From positions 1,096 to 65,095 of the forward strand of contig JAGVUA010000049.1 in the NCBI GenBank assembly GCA_019136545.1: 64,000 nt of DNA. Direction: 5' to 3'. This DNA is from Betaproteobacteria bacterium. GTDB lineage: Bacteria > Pseudomonadota > Gammaproteobacteria > Burkholderiales > Rhodocyclaceae. The notes below the pieces were generated by a model. The model was not told the origin of the DNA. It made no database searches and worked only from the letters and a program-made list of their open reading frames with translations. The translations under genes and the position numbers were made by a program. Of this stretch, positions 53,632-62,170 are shown in pieces (positions within the stretch are counted from its first letter, which is position 1; every line of letters starts with the position of its first letter).

Positions 53632-55599
53632 ATGGCGGCTGGATCGGAGGCGTCCGCGTTGGACGCCTCCTCAATCGACACCTTTCCGCGCCTGTTGGTG
53701 CATCACGCGCGCACGCGCGCCGATGCGCCGGCCATGCGCGAGAAGGACATGGGCATCTGGCAGAGCTGGAGCTGGTCGGCGGTGGCCGACGAGGTGGCGG
53801 CGCTGGCCTGCGGCCTCGCCGAACTCGGCTTCAAGCGCGGCGACCGGTTGGCCATCATCGGCGACAACCGGCCGCGGCTCTACTGGTCGATGTGCGCGGC
53901 GCAGATCCTCGGTGGCGTGCCGGTGCCGCTGTATCAGGACGCCGTGGCCCAGGAAATGGTGTTCGTGCTGCTCGACGCCGATATCCGCATCGCCATCGTC
54001 GAAGACCAGGAGCAGGTCGACAAGTTGCTCGAGGTGCGCGAGCAGTGCCCGCAACTGCAGCACATTCTCTACGACGACCCGCGCGGCCTGCGCCATTACA
54101 CCCAGCCATTCATCCATGGCATGGACGAAGTGTTGGCGATGGGCCGCATCCATAATGCCAATCAGCCCGACTTCGTCGTCGAGGAGATTGCCCGCGGCCG
54201 GGCCGACGACGTTTCGATCATGCTCTATACCTCGGGCACGACCGGCAAGCCCAAGGGGGTCTGCCAGACGCACGCGGCATTCATCGCGGCGGCGCGCGGC
54301 GGCATGGCGGTCGATCACCTTGCCGCCGACGGCGACATCCTGTCCTACCTGCCGATGGCCTGGGTCGGCGACCACCTGTTTTCGTACGCGCAGGCGCTGG
54401 TGGCCGGCTTCACCGTCAACTGTCCCGAGTCCGCCGAGACGGTGATGATCGACATGCGCGAGATCGGTCCCAGCTACTACTTCGCGCCGCCGCGCGTGTT
54501 CGAGAATCTGCTCACCCAGGTGATGATCCGCATGGAGGACGCGGGCCGCATCAAGCGCTCGATGTTCCACGCCTTCATGGCCGTGGCCAAGCGCTGCGGC
54601 GCCGAACTGCTCGATGGCAGGCCGGTGTCGGGGGCGGATCGGCTGCTCTACGCGCTGGGCAATTTTTTCGTCTATGGGCCGCTGCGCAACGTGCTCGGCA
54701 TGAGCCGCATCCGCGTCGCCTATACGGCCGGCGCGGCCATCGGCCCCGACCTGTTCAAGTTCTACCGTTCGATCGGCATCAACCTCAAGCAGTTCTACGG
54801 CCAGACCGAAACCTGCGCCTACGTCTGCCTGCAGCCGGATCGCCAGATCAAGTACGACTCGGTGGGCAAGCCGGCGCCCGGCGTCGAGATCAATATCGCC
54901 GACAACGGCGAGATCCTGGTCAAGGGGCCGATGCTGCTCAAGGAGTACTACAAGCGGCCCGACGCCACGGCCGAGTCGATCAACGCCGACGGCTATTTCA
55001 TGACCGGCGACGCCGGCTTCCTCGACGACGACGGCCACCTGAAGATCATCGATCGCGCCAAGGACGTCGGCAAGCTGGCGGGCGGGGCGATGTTTGCGCC
55101 CAACTACATCGAGAACAAACTCAAGTTCTTCCCGCACATCAAGGAAGCCGTGTGCTTCGGCCACGATCGCGACATGGTCTGCGCCTTCATCAACATCGAC
55201 ATGGGCGCGGTGGGGAATTGGGCGGAAAGGCGGGGTCTCGCCTACAGCGGCTACACCGATCTGGCCGGCAAGCCCGAAGTCTATGAGTTGATCGAGAAAT
55301 GCGTCGAGGAGGTCAACGCGGAACTGGGCCGCGACGCCATGGTGGCCGATACTCAGGTGCACCGCTTCCTGGTGCTGCACAAGGAGCTGGATCCGGACGA
55401 CGACGAGCTGACCCGCACGCGGAAAGTCCGGCGCGGCTTCGTTGCCGAGAAATATGCGGTGCTGATCGAGGCGCTTTATGGCGGCAAGCCCAGCCAGTTC
55501 ATCGAGACGGAAGTCAAGTTCGAGGATGGCCGCAAGGGCAAGGTCGCTGCCGACCTGGTGATTCGCGACGTCAAGACCTTCGCCCAGGGGGCGGCGTGA
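53632..55599 (+). CDS. AMP-dependent acyl-CoA synthetase/ligase (long-chain-type, 655 aa)
   Basis: GGAGGAGA RBS. AMP motif MLYTSGTTGKPKGV, with GYFMTGDAG and IIDRAKD. Confidence 0.85.
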   Translation: MAAGSEASALDASSIDTFPRLLVHHARTRADAPAMREKDMGIWQSWSWSAVADEVAALACGLAELGFKRGDRLAIIGDNRPRLYWSMCAAQILGGVPVPLYQDAVAQEMVFVLLDADIRIAIVEDQEQVDKLLEVREQCPQLQHILYDDPRGLRHYTQPFIHGMDEVLAMGRIHNANQPDFVVEEIARGRADDVSIMLYTSGTTGKPKGVCQTHAAFIAAARGGMAVDHLAADGDILSYLPMAWVGDHLFSYAQALVAGFTVNCPESAETVMIDMREIGPSYYFAPPRVFENLLTQVMIRMEDAGRIKRSMFHAFMAVAKRCGAELLDGRPVSGADRLLYALGNFFVYGPLRNVLGMSRIRVAYTAGAAIGPDLFKFYRSIGINLKQFYGQTETCAYVCLQPDRQIKYDSVGKPAPGVEINIADNGEILVKGPMLLKEYYKRPDATAESINADGYFMTGDAGFLDDDGHLKIIDRAKDVGKLAGGAMFAPNYIENKLKFFPHIKEAVCFGHDRDMVCAFINIDMGAVGNWAERRGLAYSGYTDLAGKPEVYELIEKCVEEVNAELGRDAMVADTQVHRFLVLHKELDPDDDELTRTRKVRRGFVAEKYAVLIEALYGGKPSQFIETEVKFEDGRKGKVAADLVIRDVKTFAQGAA

Positions 55600-56381
55600 T
55601 GGCCAGACAAATAGGCGGGGTCATTCTCGATCTGAAAAATATTTCGCTGCGCTTCGGCGGCGTCAAGGCGCTGACCGACATTTCCTTCGACGTGCGCGAG
55701 CACGAGATCCGGGCCATCATCGGCCCCAACGGCGCCGGCAAGAGCTCGATGCTCAACGTCATCAACGGCGTCTACCGGCCGCAGGAAGGCGAGATCATCT
55801 TCCGCGGCGAGCATCGCCGCGACATGGACACCCATGCCGCCGCCGAGGCCGGCATCGCGCGCACCTTCCAGAACATCGCGCTGTTCAAGGGCATGACCGT
55901 GCTCGACAACTTGATGGCTGGCCGCAACTTGAAGATGAAGGCGAACTTCCTCCAGCATGCATTCTGGTGGGGGCCGGCGAAGCGCGAGGAGCTGGCGCAC
56001 CGGCGCAAGGTCGAGGAAGTGATCGACTTCCTCGACATCGAGCACATCCGCAAGACGCCGGTCGGGCGCCTACCCTACGGCCTGCAGAAGCGGGTCGAGC
56101 TCGGCCGCGCGTTGGCGGCGGAACCGCAGATCCTGTTGCTCGACGAGCCGATGGCCGGCATGAACGTCGAGGAAAAGCAGGACATGTGCCGTTTCATCCT
56201 CGACGTGAACGACCAGCTCGGCACCACCATCGTGCTGATCGAGCACGACATGGGCGTGGTGATGGACATCTCCGACCGCGTCGTCGTGCTCGACTACGGC
56301 AAGAAGATCGGCGACGGCGTGCCCGACGAGGTGAAGAGCAACCCCGAAGTCATCGCCGCCTACCTCGGCACGCAGCATTAG
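55599..56381 (+). CDS. LivG-family ABC ATP-binding protein
   Basis: TGATG overlap. Walker A GPNGAGKSS. LLLDEPMAGM. Confidence 0.85.
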   Translation: MARQIGGVILDLKNISLRFGGVKALTDISFDVREHEIRAIIGPNGAGKSSMLNVINGVYRPQEGEIIFRGEHRRDMDTHAAAEAGIARTFQNIALFKGMTVLDNLMAGRNLKMKANFLQHAFWWGPAKREELAHRRKVEEVIDFLDIEHIRKTPVGRLPYGLQKRVELGRALAAEPQILLLDEPMAGMNVEEKQDMCRFILDVNDQLGTTIVLIEHDMGVVMDISDRVVVLDYGKKIGDGVPDEVKSNPEVIAAYLGTQH

Positions 56382-56393
56382 GAAAGGCAGCGC

Positions 56394-57308
56394 ATGCAAT
56401 TCTTCTTCGAAGTGCTGATCGGCGGGCTGCTCTCCGGCATCATGTATTCGCTGGTGGCGCTCGGCTTCGTGCTGATCTACAAGGCCTCGGGCGTGTTCAA
56501 CTTCGCGCAGGGCGCGATGGTCTATTTTGCCGCGCTGTCGCTGGTCGGCTGCCTGGAGAAGGGCGCGCCGCTCTGGCTGGCCTTCATCCTGGCCTTTGTC
56601 ATCATGACGCTGCTGGGCATCGCCACCGAGAAGTTCGTGCTGCGCAAGATGGTGAACCAGTCGCCGATCGCCCTGTTCATGGCGACCATCGGTCTGGCCT
56701 TCTTCATCGAGGGACTGGCGCCGATGCTCTGGGGCAACCAGGTGTGGCCGCTCGACATCGGCCTGGTCGACGAGCCGATCGGCTGGATACTCGACCGCTA
56801 CAACATCGTCGTCAGCAGCTTCGACCTGACCGCGGCAGGCTTGGCCATGGCGCTGGTGGCCGGGCTGGCCCTGTTCTTCCAGTACACGCGCGTCGGTCGG
56901 GCGCTGCGCGCGGTGGCCGACGATCACCAGGCCGCGCTGTCGATCGGCATTCCGCTGCAGCACATCTGGGCGCTGGTCTGGGCGGTGGCCGGCTTCGTCG
57001 CGCTGGTGGCCGGCATGCTCTGGGGCTCGCGCAACGGCGTCCAGTACGCGCTGACTTTCACGGCCTTGAAGGCCCTGCCGGTGCTGATCCTCGGCGGCTT
57101 CACCTCGGTGCCGGGCGCCATCGTCGGCGGTCTGATCATCGGCGCCTCGGAGAAGCTGGCGGAAATCTACATCCCGCCGGTGCTGACCGACATTTTCGGC
57201 GGCAACTTCGGCGGCATCGAGAACTGGTTCCCCTACGTGCTGGCGCTGCTGTTCCTGCTGGTGCGACCCGAAGGCCTCTTCGGCGAAAGGCATATTGATC
57301 GTGTGTAA
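56394..57308 (+). CDS. LivH-family ABC permease
   Basis: ...LGFVLIYKASGVFNFAQGAMV..., 304 aa. Confidence 0.85.
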   Translation: MQFFFEVLIGGLLSGIMYSLVALGFVLIYKASGVFNFAQGAMVYFAALSLVGCLEKGAPLWLAFILAFVIMTLLGIATEKFVLRKMVNQSPIALFMATIGLAFFIEGLAPMLWGNQVWPLDIGLVDEPIGWILDRYNIVVSSFDLTAAGLAMALVAGLALFFQYTRVGRALRAVADDHQAALSIGIPLQHIWALVWAVAGFVALVAGMLWGSRNGVQYALTFTALKALPVLILGGFTSVPGAIVGGLIIGASEKLAEIYIPPVLTDIFGGNFGGIENWFPYVLALLFLLVRPEGLFGERHIDRV

Positions 57309-57395
57309 CTCGATCGCCATGCCTTCAGTGGAGGCTAACGTGAGCGCAGCGAACGTTAAGCGTCGCGGCCGTAACTAAGGGCACATCGACAAATC

Positions 57396-58472
57396 ATGTT
57401 CTATCGCGAAACCGGACAATTCAAGACCAGCTACGCCGCCGACCAGCAGATCTTTCCGATCCGCCAGGACCGCATCGGCATCATGCTTCTGCTGGTCGTT
57501 GCGTTCGTGGTGGTGCCGCTGGTCGCCAGCAACTACTGGTTCAACGCCATCCTGATTCCGTTCCTGATCTTCTCGCTGGCGGCGCTGGGCCTCAACATCC
57601 TGACCGGCTACGCCGGCCAGCTGTCGCTCGGTTCGGCGGCTTTCATGGCCGTGGGCGCCTATGCCGCCTACAACTTCCAGGTGCGCGTCGAGGGCATGCC
57701 CATCCTGGCGTCCTTCGTCCTCGCCGGCCTGACGGCGGCGGGCGTCGGCATCCTGTTCGGCTTGCCCTCGCTGCGCATCAAGGGCTTCTACCTGGCGGTG
57801 GCGACCTTGGCGGCCCAGTTCTTCATCGTCTGGTGCCTGACCAAGTTTCCCTATCTTTCGAACAATTCCTCGTCCGGCGTGATTTCGGTGCCCGGCATCG
57901 AGGTGTTCGGCATGAAATTCGACGCGCCGCAGGAGCGCTACCTGCTGGTCCTGGCCATCGTCGCGCTGCTGGCGCTCGCCGCCAAGAACATGGTGCGCTC
58001 CACGACCGGGCGCGCCTGGATGGCGGTGCGCGACATGGACGTGGCGGCGGAGGTGATCGGCATCCGCTTGATGTGCACCAAGCTGCTGGCCTTCGCCGTC
58101 AGCTCGTTCTACTGCGGCGTGGCCGGCGCGCTCTACGCGTTCTGTTACCTCGGCTCCGTCGAGCCGGACGGCTTTTCGCTCGACTTGTCGTTCAAGATCC
58201 TGTTCATGATCATCGTCGGCGGCGTCGGCAGCGTGCTGGGCAGCTTTCTCGGCGCCGCCTTCATCCTGCTGCTGCCGATTTTTCTCGACATCTTCCTGCC
58301 CTGGCTGTCGGGCGTGCTGCAACTGCCTTTTGACGGCGCCACCGTGTCGCACATCCAGTTGATGGTGTTCGGGGCGCTGATCATGTTCTTCCTGATCGTC
58401 GAACCGCACGGCCTTGCCCGTCTGTGGCAGATCGGCAAGGAGAAGCTGCGCCTGTGGCCGTTCCCGCATTGA
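57396..58472 (+). CDS. LivM-family ABC permease
   Basis: ...GYAGQLSLGSAAFMAVGAY..., 358 aa. Confidence 0.85.
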   Translation: MFYRETGQFKTSYAADQQIFPIRQDRIGIMLLLVVAFVVVPLVASNYWFNAILIPFLIFSLAALGLNILTGYAGQLSLGSAAFMAVGAYAAYNFQVRVEGMPILASFVLAGLTAAGVGILFGLPSLRIKGFYLAVATLAAQFFIVWCLTKFPYLSNNSSSGVISVPGIEVFGMKFDAPQERYLLVLAIVALLALAAKNMVRSTTGRAWMAVRDMDVAAEVIGIRLMCTKLLAFAVSSFYCGVAGALYAFCYLGSVEPDGFSLDLSFKILFMIIVGGVGSVLGSFLGAAFILLLPIFLDIFLPWLSGVLQLPFDGATVSHIQLMVFGALIMFFLIVEPHGLARLWQIGKEKLRLWPFPH

Positions 58473-58519
58473 GCGTCGTCCATTTCAAATCAGCCGTACC
58501 CAACCAAGAGGAGACACCC

Positions 58520-59848
58520 ATGTTCAAGAGGATCAAACAAGTCGCCATCGCTGCATCCATCGCCGCGGCCTGTCTCGCCGCGACTTTGCCGGCCGCCCGG
58601 GCCGCTGAGGAACAGTTTTTCATGCTGCCCGACTACCGGGTCGGTCCCTATGGCGCCAACGGCCAGTCCTTTTACGGCGGGTTCATCGATTACCTGAACT
58701 ACGTCAACATGAAAGGCGGCATCGACGGCGTCCAGATCGCCTGGGAAGAGTGCGAAACCGAGTACAACAACGCCAAGGGCGTGGAATGCTACGAGCGCCT
58801 GAAGTCGAAGGCGCAAAAGGCGCCCGGCCCGATCCATACGATGTCGACCGGCATTTCCTACGCCCTCGTCGACAAGTCGGCGGCCGACAAGCTGCCGCTG
58901 GCCATGATGGGCTATGGCCTGACTTCGGCCGTGGACGGCTCGGTGTTCCCGTGGTCCTTCCCGCTGGTCACCACGTACCAGATGCAGGCCTCCGCCATCA
59001 TCAAGTTCCTCAAGGACAAGAACGGCGGCAGCCTGGCCGGCAAGAAAATCGTTTTCCTCTATCACGATTCCGCCTATGGCAAGGAACCGATACTCGCCCT
59101 GGAAGCCGAGGCGCGCCTGAACAAGTACACGCTGGTGCAGATTCCGGTGGCGCACCCGGGCAACGAGCAGGGCGCGCAGTGGCAGCGCATCCGGCAGGAG
59201 CAGCCCGATTACGTGATCATGTGGGGCTGGGGGGTGATGAACATGACGGCTATCAAGACCGCGCAAAAGATGGGTTTCCCGCGCGAGAAAATGATCGGCT
59301 CGTGGTGGGCCGGCTCCGAGGAGGACACGGTGCCGGCGGGCGATGCCGCCAAGGGTTACATGTCCGCCACCTGGAACGTCGCCGGCAAGGGCGTGCCGTT
59401 GATCGCCGACATCGAGAAGACGGTCTATGGCGCCGGCAAGGGCAACCTGAAAGATACGTCGAAGCTCGGCACCATCCTGTACAACCGCGGCGTGTCGGCG
59501 GCGGTGCTGTCGGTGGAGGCCATCCGCACCGCCCAGGCCAAATATGGCAAGGGCAAGGCGATGGGCCCCGAGCAGGTGCGCTGGGGGCTGGAGAACCTGA
59601 ACCTGACCGACGCGCGACTGAAGGCGCTGGGCGCCACCGGCCTGCTGCCCGAGGTGAAGACCTCGTGCGACAACCACGAAGGCTCGGGCAAGGTCAAGAT
59701 GCAGCAATGGGACGGTACCAAGTGGGTGCCGCTGACCGACTGGATCGAGGGCAACAAGCAGCTGATTCACCCGCTGTTCAAGGCCGATGCCGCGAAGTAC
59801 GCGAAGGAGAAAGGCATCACGCCGCGCGATTGCAGCAAGGAGAAATGA
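58520..59848 (+). CDS. Periplasmic substrate-binding protein of the ABC system
   Basis: AGAGGAGA RBS. Signal peptide MFKRIKQVAIAASIAAACLAATLPAARA/AEE. 442 aa. Confidence 0.8.
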   Translation: MFKRIKQVAIAASIAAACLAATLPAARAAEEQFFMLPDYRVGPYGANGQSFYGGFIDYLNYVNMKGGIDGVQIAWEECETEYNNAKGVECYERLKSKAQKAPGPIHTMSTGISYALVDKSAADKLPLAMMGYGLTSAVDGSVFPWSFPLVTTYQMQASAIIKFLKDKNGGSLAGKKIVFLYHDSAYGKEPILALEAEARLNKYTLVQIPVAHPGNEQGAQWQRIRQEQPDYVIMWGWGVMNMTAIKTAQKMGFPREKMIGSWWAGSEEDTVPAGDAAKGYMSATWNVAGKGVPLIADIEKTVYGAGKGNLKDTSKLGTILYNRGVSAAVLSVEAIRTAQAKYGKGKAMGPEQVRWGLENLNLTDARLKALGATGLLPEVKTSCDNHEGSGKVKMQQWDGTKWVPLTDWIEGNKQLIHPLFKADAAKYAKEKGITPRDCSKEK

Positions 59849-59856
59849 GCGAATGA

Positions 59857-59889
59857 GCGCCGTCCGCCGGGCCGCCTCAAGGACGGCGC
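59857..59889 (+). terminator. 9-bp GC stem (GCGCCGTCC...GGACGGCGC) after the binding-protein gene; possible attenuator or partial terminator
   Basis: The stem was seen directly. 15-nt loop, no U-tract. Confidence 0.25.
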
Positions 59890-59901
59890 AGCAAATCGCA
59901 T

Positions 59902-59971
59902 GGAGCGGGCGCAGCCCGCGAACCACCGTCACCCCCTTCCTCGGGAAGGGGGGCGGGGGGAGGGGGGTCTG
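59902..59971 (+). repeat. C-run/G-run ~70-nt element, copy B, directly upstream of the livF-like GTG
   Basis: ...CCGTCACCCCCTTCCTCGGGAAGGGGGGCGGGGGGAGGGGGGTCTG-GTG. Hairpin CCCCTTCC/GGAAGGGG. Confidence 0.7.
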
Positions 59972-60775
59972 GTGAGCGCCTATCTCAGCATCAACAACAT
60001 CGAGGTCATCTACGACCACGTCATCCTGGTCCTCAAGGGCGTCTCGCTCGAGGTACCCAAGGGCGGGATCGTCGCCCTGCTGGGCGCCAACGGCGCCGGC
60101 AAGACGACGACGCTCAAGGCGATCTCCAACCTGTTGCGCGCCGAGCGCGGCGAGGTGACCAAGGGCAGCATCGAGTTCGAGGGCAAGCGCGTCGACCAAT
60201 TGACGCCGAACGACCTCGTGCGCGGCGGCATCATCCAGGTGATGGAAGGCCGCCATTGCTTCGCGCATCTGACCGTGGAAGAGAATCTGTTGACGGGCGC
60301 CTACACGCGGAAGCAGTCCCGGGCCGAACTGAAGCGGAACCTGGAGAAGGTGTACGCCTACTTCCCGCGTCTCAAGCAGCGGCGCGGCTCGCAGTCCGGC
60401 TATACGTCGGGGGGCGAGCAGCAGATGACGGCGATCGGTCGCGCGCTGATGGCCAATCCGCAGACCATCTTGCTCGACGAGCCGTCGATGGGTCTGGCGC
60501 CGCAGATCGTCGAGGAAATCTTCGAGATCGTGCGCGACCTGAATCAGCGCGAGAAGGTGAGCTTTCTGCTCGCCGAGCAAAACACCATGGTCGCGCTCCG
60601 CTATGCGGATTTCGGCTACATCCTCGAGAACGGCCGCGTGGTCATGGAGGGGGAAGCCGCCGGGCTGCGCGACAACGAGGACGTCAAGGAGTTCTATCTC
60701 GGCCTGTCGTCGCACGGCCGCAAGAGCTTCCGCGACGTCAAGCATTACCGCCGCCGCAAGCGCTGGCTGGCGTGA
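59972..60775 (+). CDS. LivF-family ABC ATP-binding protein
   Basis: GTG 59972 follows GGAGGGG. Walker A GANGAGKTT. TSGGEQQMTA. LLDEPSMGL. Confidence 0.8.
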   Translation: MSAYLSINNIEVIYDHVILVLKGVSLEVPKGGIVALLGANGAGKTTTLKAISNLLRAERGEVTKGSIEFEGKRVDQLTPNDLVRGGIIQVMEGRHCFAHLTVEENLLTGAYTRKQSRAELKRNLEKVYAYFPRLKQRRGSQSGYTSGGEQQMTAIGRALMANPQTILLDEPSMGLAPQIVEEIFEIVRDLNQREKVSFLLAEQNTMVALRYADFGYILENGRVVMEGEAAGLRDNEDVKEFYLGLSSHGRKSFRDVKHYRRRKRWLA

Positions 60776-60872
60776 TGAGCGCGGATCGTGCCCATTGCCC
60801 ATCCGCTTGCGCGCCGATGGCCCGCGGCGCAGTTCCGCCATTACGCCACGCGGGGCGGTCTTGGGAGTGTTG

Positions 60873-62105
60873 ATGGCTAGCCATTTCGACCATTTGGAAA
60901 CCCGGTCTGCCGAGGCGCGCGAGGCCGACCTCATGGCCCGCCTGCCGGCGCATGTCGCCCGGGCGCAAAGTCAGTCGCCGCACTACGCCGAGACGCTGGC
61001 CGGCATCGATGCCGCCATGGTGAATTCGCGCGCCGCGCTGGCCAGGTTGCCGGTGGTGCGCAAGCATCAACTGCTCGCGTTGCAGAAGCGGCGTCCGCCG
61101 CTGGGCGGACTGGCGGCCACGCCGGTATCGGAACTCGCCCATGTCTTTGCCTCGCCGGGTCCGATCGCCGATCCTGAAGGCCGGGGCGAGGACTGGTGGC
61201 GCTTTGCGCGCGCCATGCACGCGGCCGGCATCCGCGCCGGCGACCTGGTGCACAACACCTTTTCCTACCATTTCACGCCGGCCGGCTTCATGGTCGACGG
61301 CGGTGCGCGGCGCCTGGGCTGCCCGGTGTTTCCGGCGGGCGTCGGCCAGACGGAAATGCAGGTGCAGGCGATCGAAACTTTCCGGCCGGCGGCGTACGTC
61401 GGCACGCCCAGCTTTCTCAAGATCATCTTGGAGAAGGCCGACGAGCTCGGCGCCGACGTGTCCTCGCTGCGCACGGCCATGGTCTCCGGCGAGGCCTTGT
61501 TCCCGGCGCAGCGGCAGTTCTTCGCCGGCCGCGGGCTGGCGGTGTTTCAGGTCTATGCCTCCGCCGATTTGGGCCTCATCGCCTATGAGACCGATGCGCG
61601 CGAAGGCATGGTGCTCGACGAGGCGCTGATCCTCGAGATCGTCCGTCCCGGCACCGGCGATCCGGTGGCCGACGGCGAAGTGGGGGAGGTAGTGATCACC
61701 AGTTTCAATGCCGACTATCCGCTGATCCGTTTCGGCACCGGTGATTTGTCGGCCATTCTGCCGGGGCCGTCGGGCTGTGGCCGAACCAATGTCCGCATCA
61801 AGGGCTGGATGGGGCGCGCCGATCAGACCACCAAGGTGAAGGGCATGTTCGTCCATCCGGAGCAGGTGGCGGCGGTCATCGAGCGCCACCCGCGGATTGT
61901 CCGCGCGCGGCTGGTGGTTACCAACCCGGACGGCAACGACCTCATGACGATGCATTGCGAGGGCGAGGGCGATGCGATGCTCGAGGGGGCGATCGCCGAA
62001 AGTATTCGCGACATCACCAAGCTGCGCGGCGAAGTATCGTTCGTCGCACCGGGCAGCCTGGCGAACGACGGCAAGGTCATCGAGGACGCGCGCAAATACG
62101 ACTGA
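60873..62105 (+). CDS. PaaK-like (phenylacetate-CoA ligase family / F390-synthetase-like) protein with a degenerate P-loop
   Basis: PaaK-like length and layout (...LARLPVVRKHQLL...YVGTPSFLKIILEKADELG...). FASPGPIADPE stands where PaaK has ASSGTTGxPT. Confidence 0.7.
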   Translation: MASHFDHLETRSAEAREADLMARLPAHVARAQSQSPHYAETLAGIDAAMVNSRAALARLPVVRKHQLLALQKRRPPLGGLAATPVSELAHVFASPGPIADPEGRGEDWWRFARAMHAAGIRAGDLVHNTFSYHFTPAGFMVDGGARRLGCPVFPAGVGQTEMQVQAIETFRPAAYVGTPSFLKIILEKADELGADVSSLRTAMVSGEALFPAQRQFFAGRGLAVFQVYASADLGLIAYETDAREGMVLDEALILEIVRPGTGDPVADGEVGEVVITSFNADYPLIRFGTGDLSAILPGPSGCGRTNVRIKGWMGRADQTTKVKGMFVHPEQVAAVIERHPRIVRARLVVTNPDGNDLMTMHCEGEGDAMLEGAIAESIRDITKLRGEVSFVAPGSLANDGKVIEDARKYD

Positions 62106-62110
62106 GCCGG

Positions 62111-62136
62111 GAAAGTCAGCCGCGGCGGTACGCCGC
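62111..62136 (+). repeat. GAAAGTCAGCC-hairpin element, copy 8
   Basis: The same 26-mer as at 52294, 5 nt after the PaaK-like stop. Confidence 0.85.
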
Positions 62137-62170
62137 GCTCCCCGAGCGCCGCCCATGATATAAGTCACGC

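Noticed and set aside
57309-57395. Unusually long 87-nt gap between the livH-like and livM-like permease genes, with a weak TAACGT/ACGTTA hairpin
   Set aside because: The stem is only 6 bp with an 11-nt loop, and there is no similarity to the two repeat families. The evidence is insufficient for an element.
58490-60934. 814-aa ORF on the - strand opposite the binding-protein and livF-like genes. The same applies to 48129-49976, 49598-51262, 53671-55380, 34614-36218, 30273-31871 and 28634-30178.
   Set aside because: All lie antisense to genes with clear Walker, AMP-binding or RND signatures and have shadow-frame composition.
12881-62136. GAAAGTCAGCC element as a known DNA uptake sequence
   Set aside because: The word does not match the Neisseriaceae DUS variants (..GCCGTCTGAA-type) or the Pasteurellaceae USS (AAGTGCGGT) that I know. 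The sense-strand bias argues for an RNA-level or insertion-bias explanation. I keep it only as one hypothesis.
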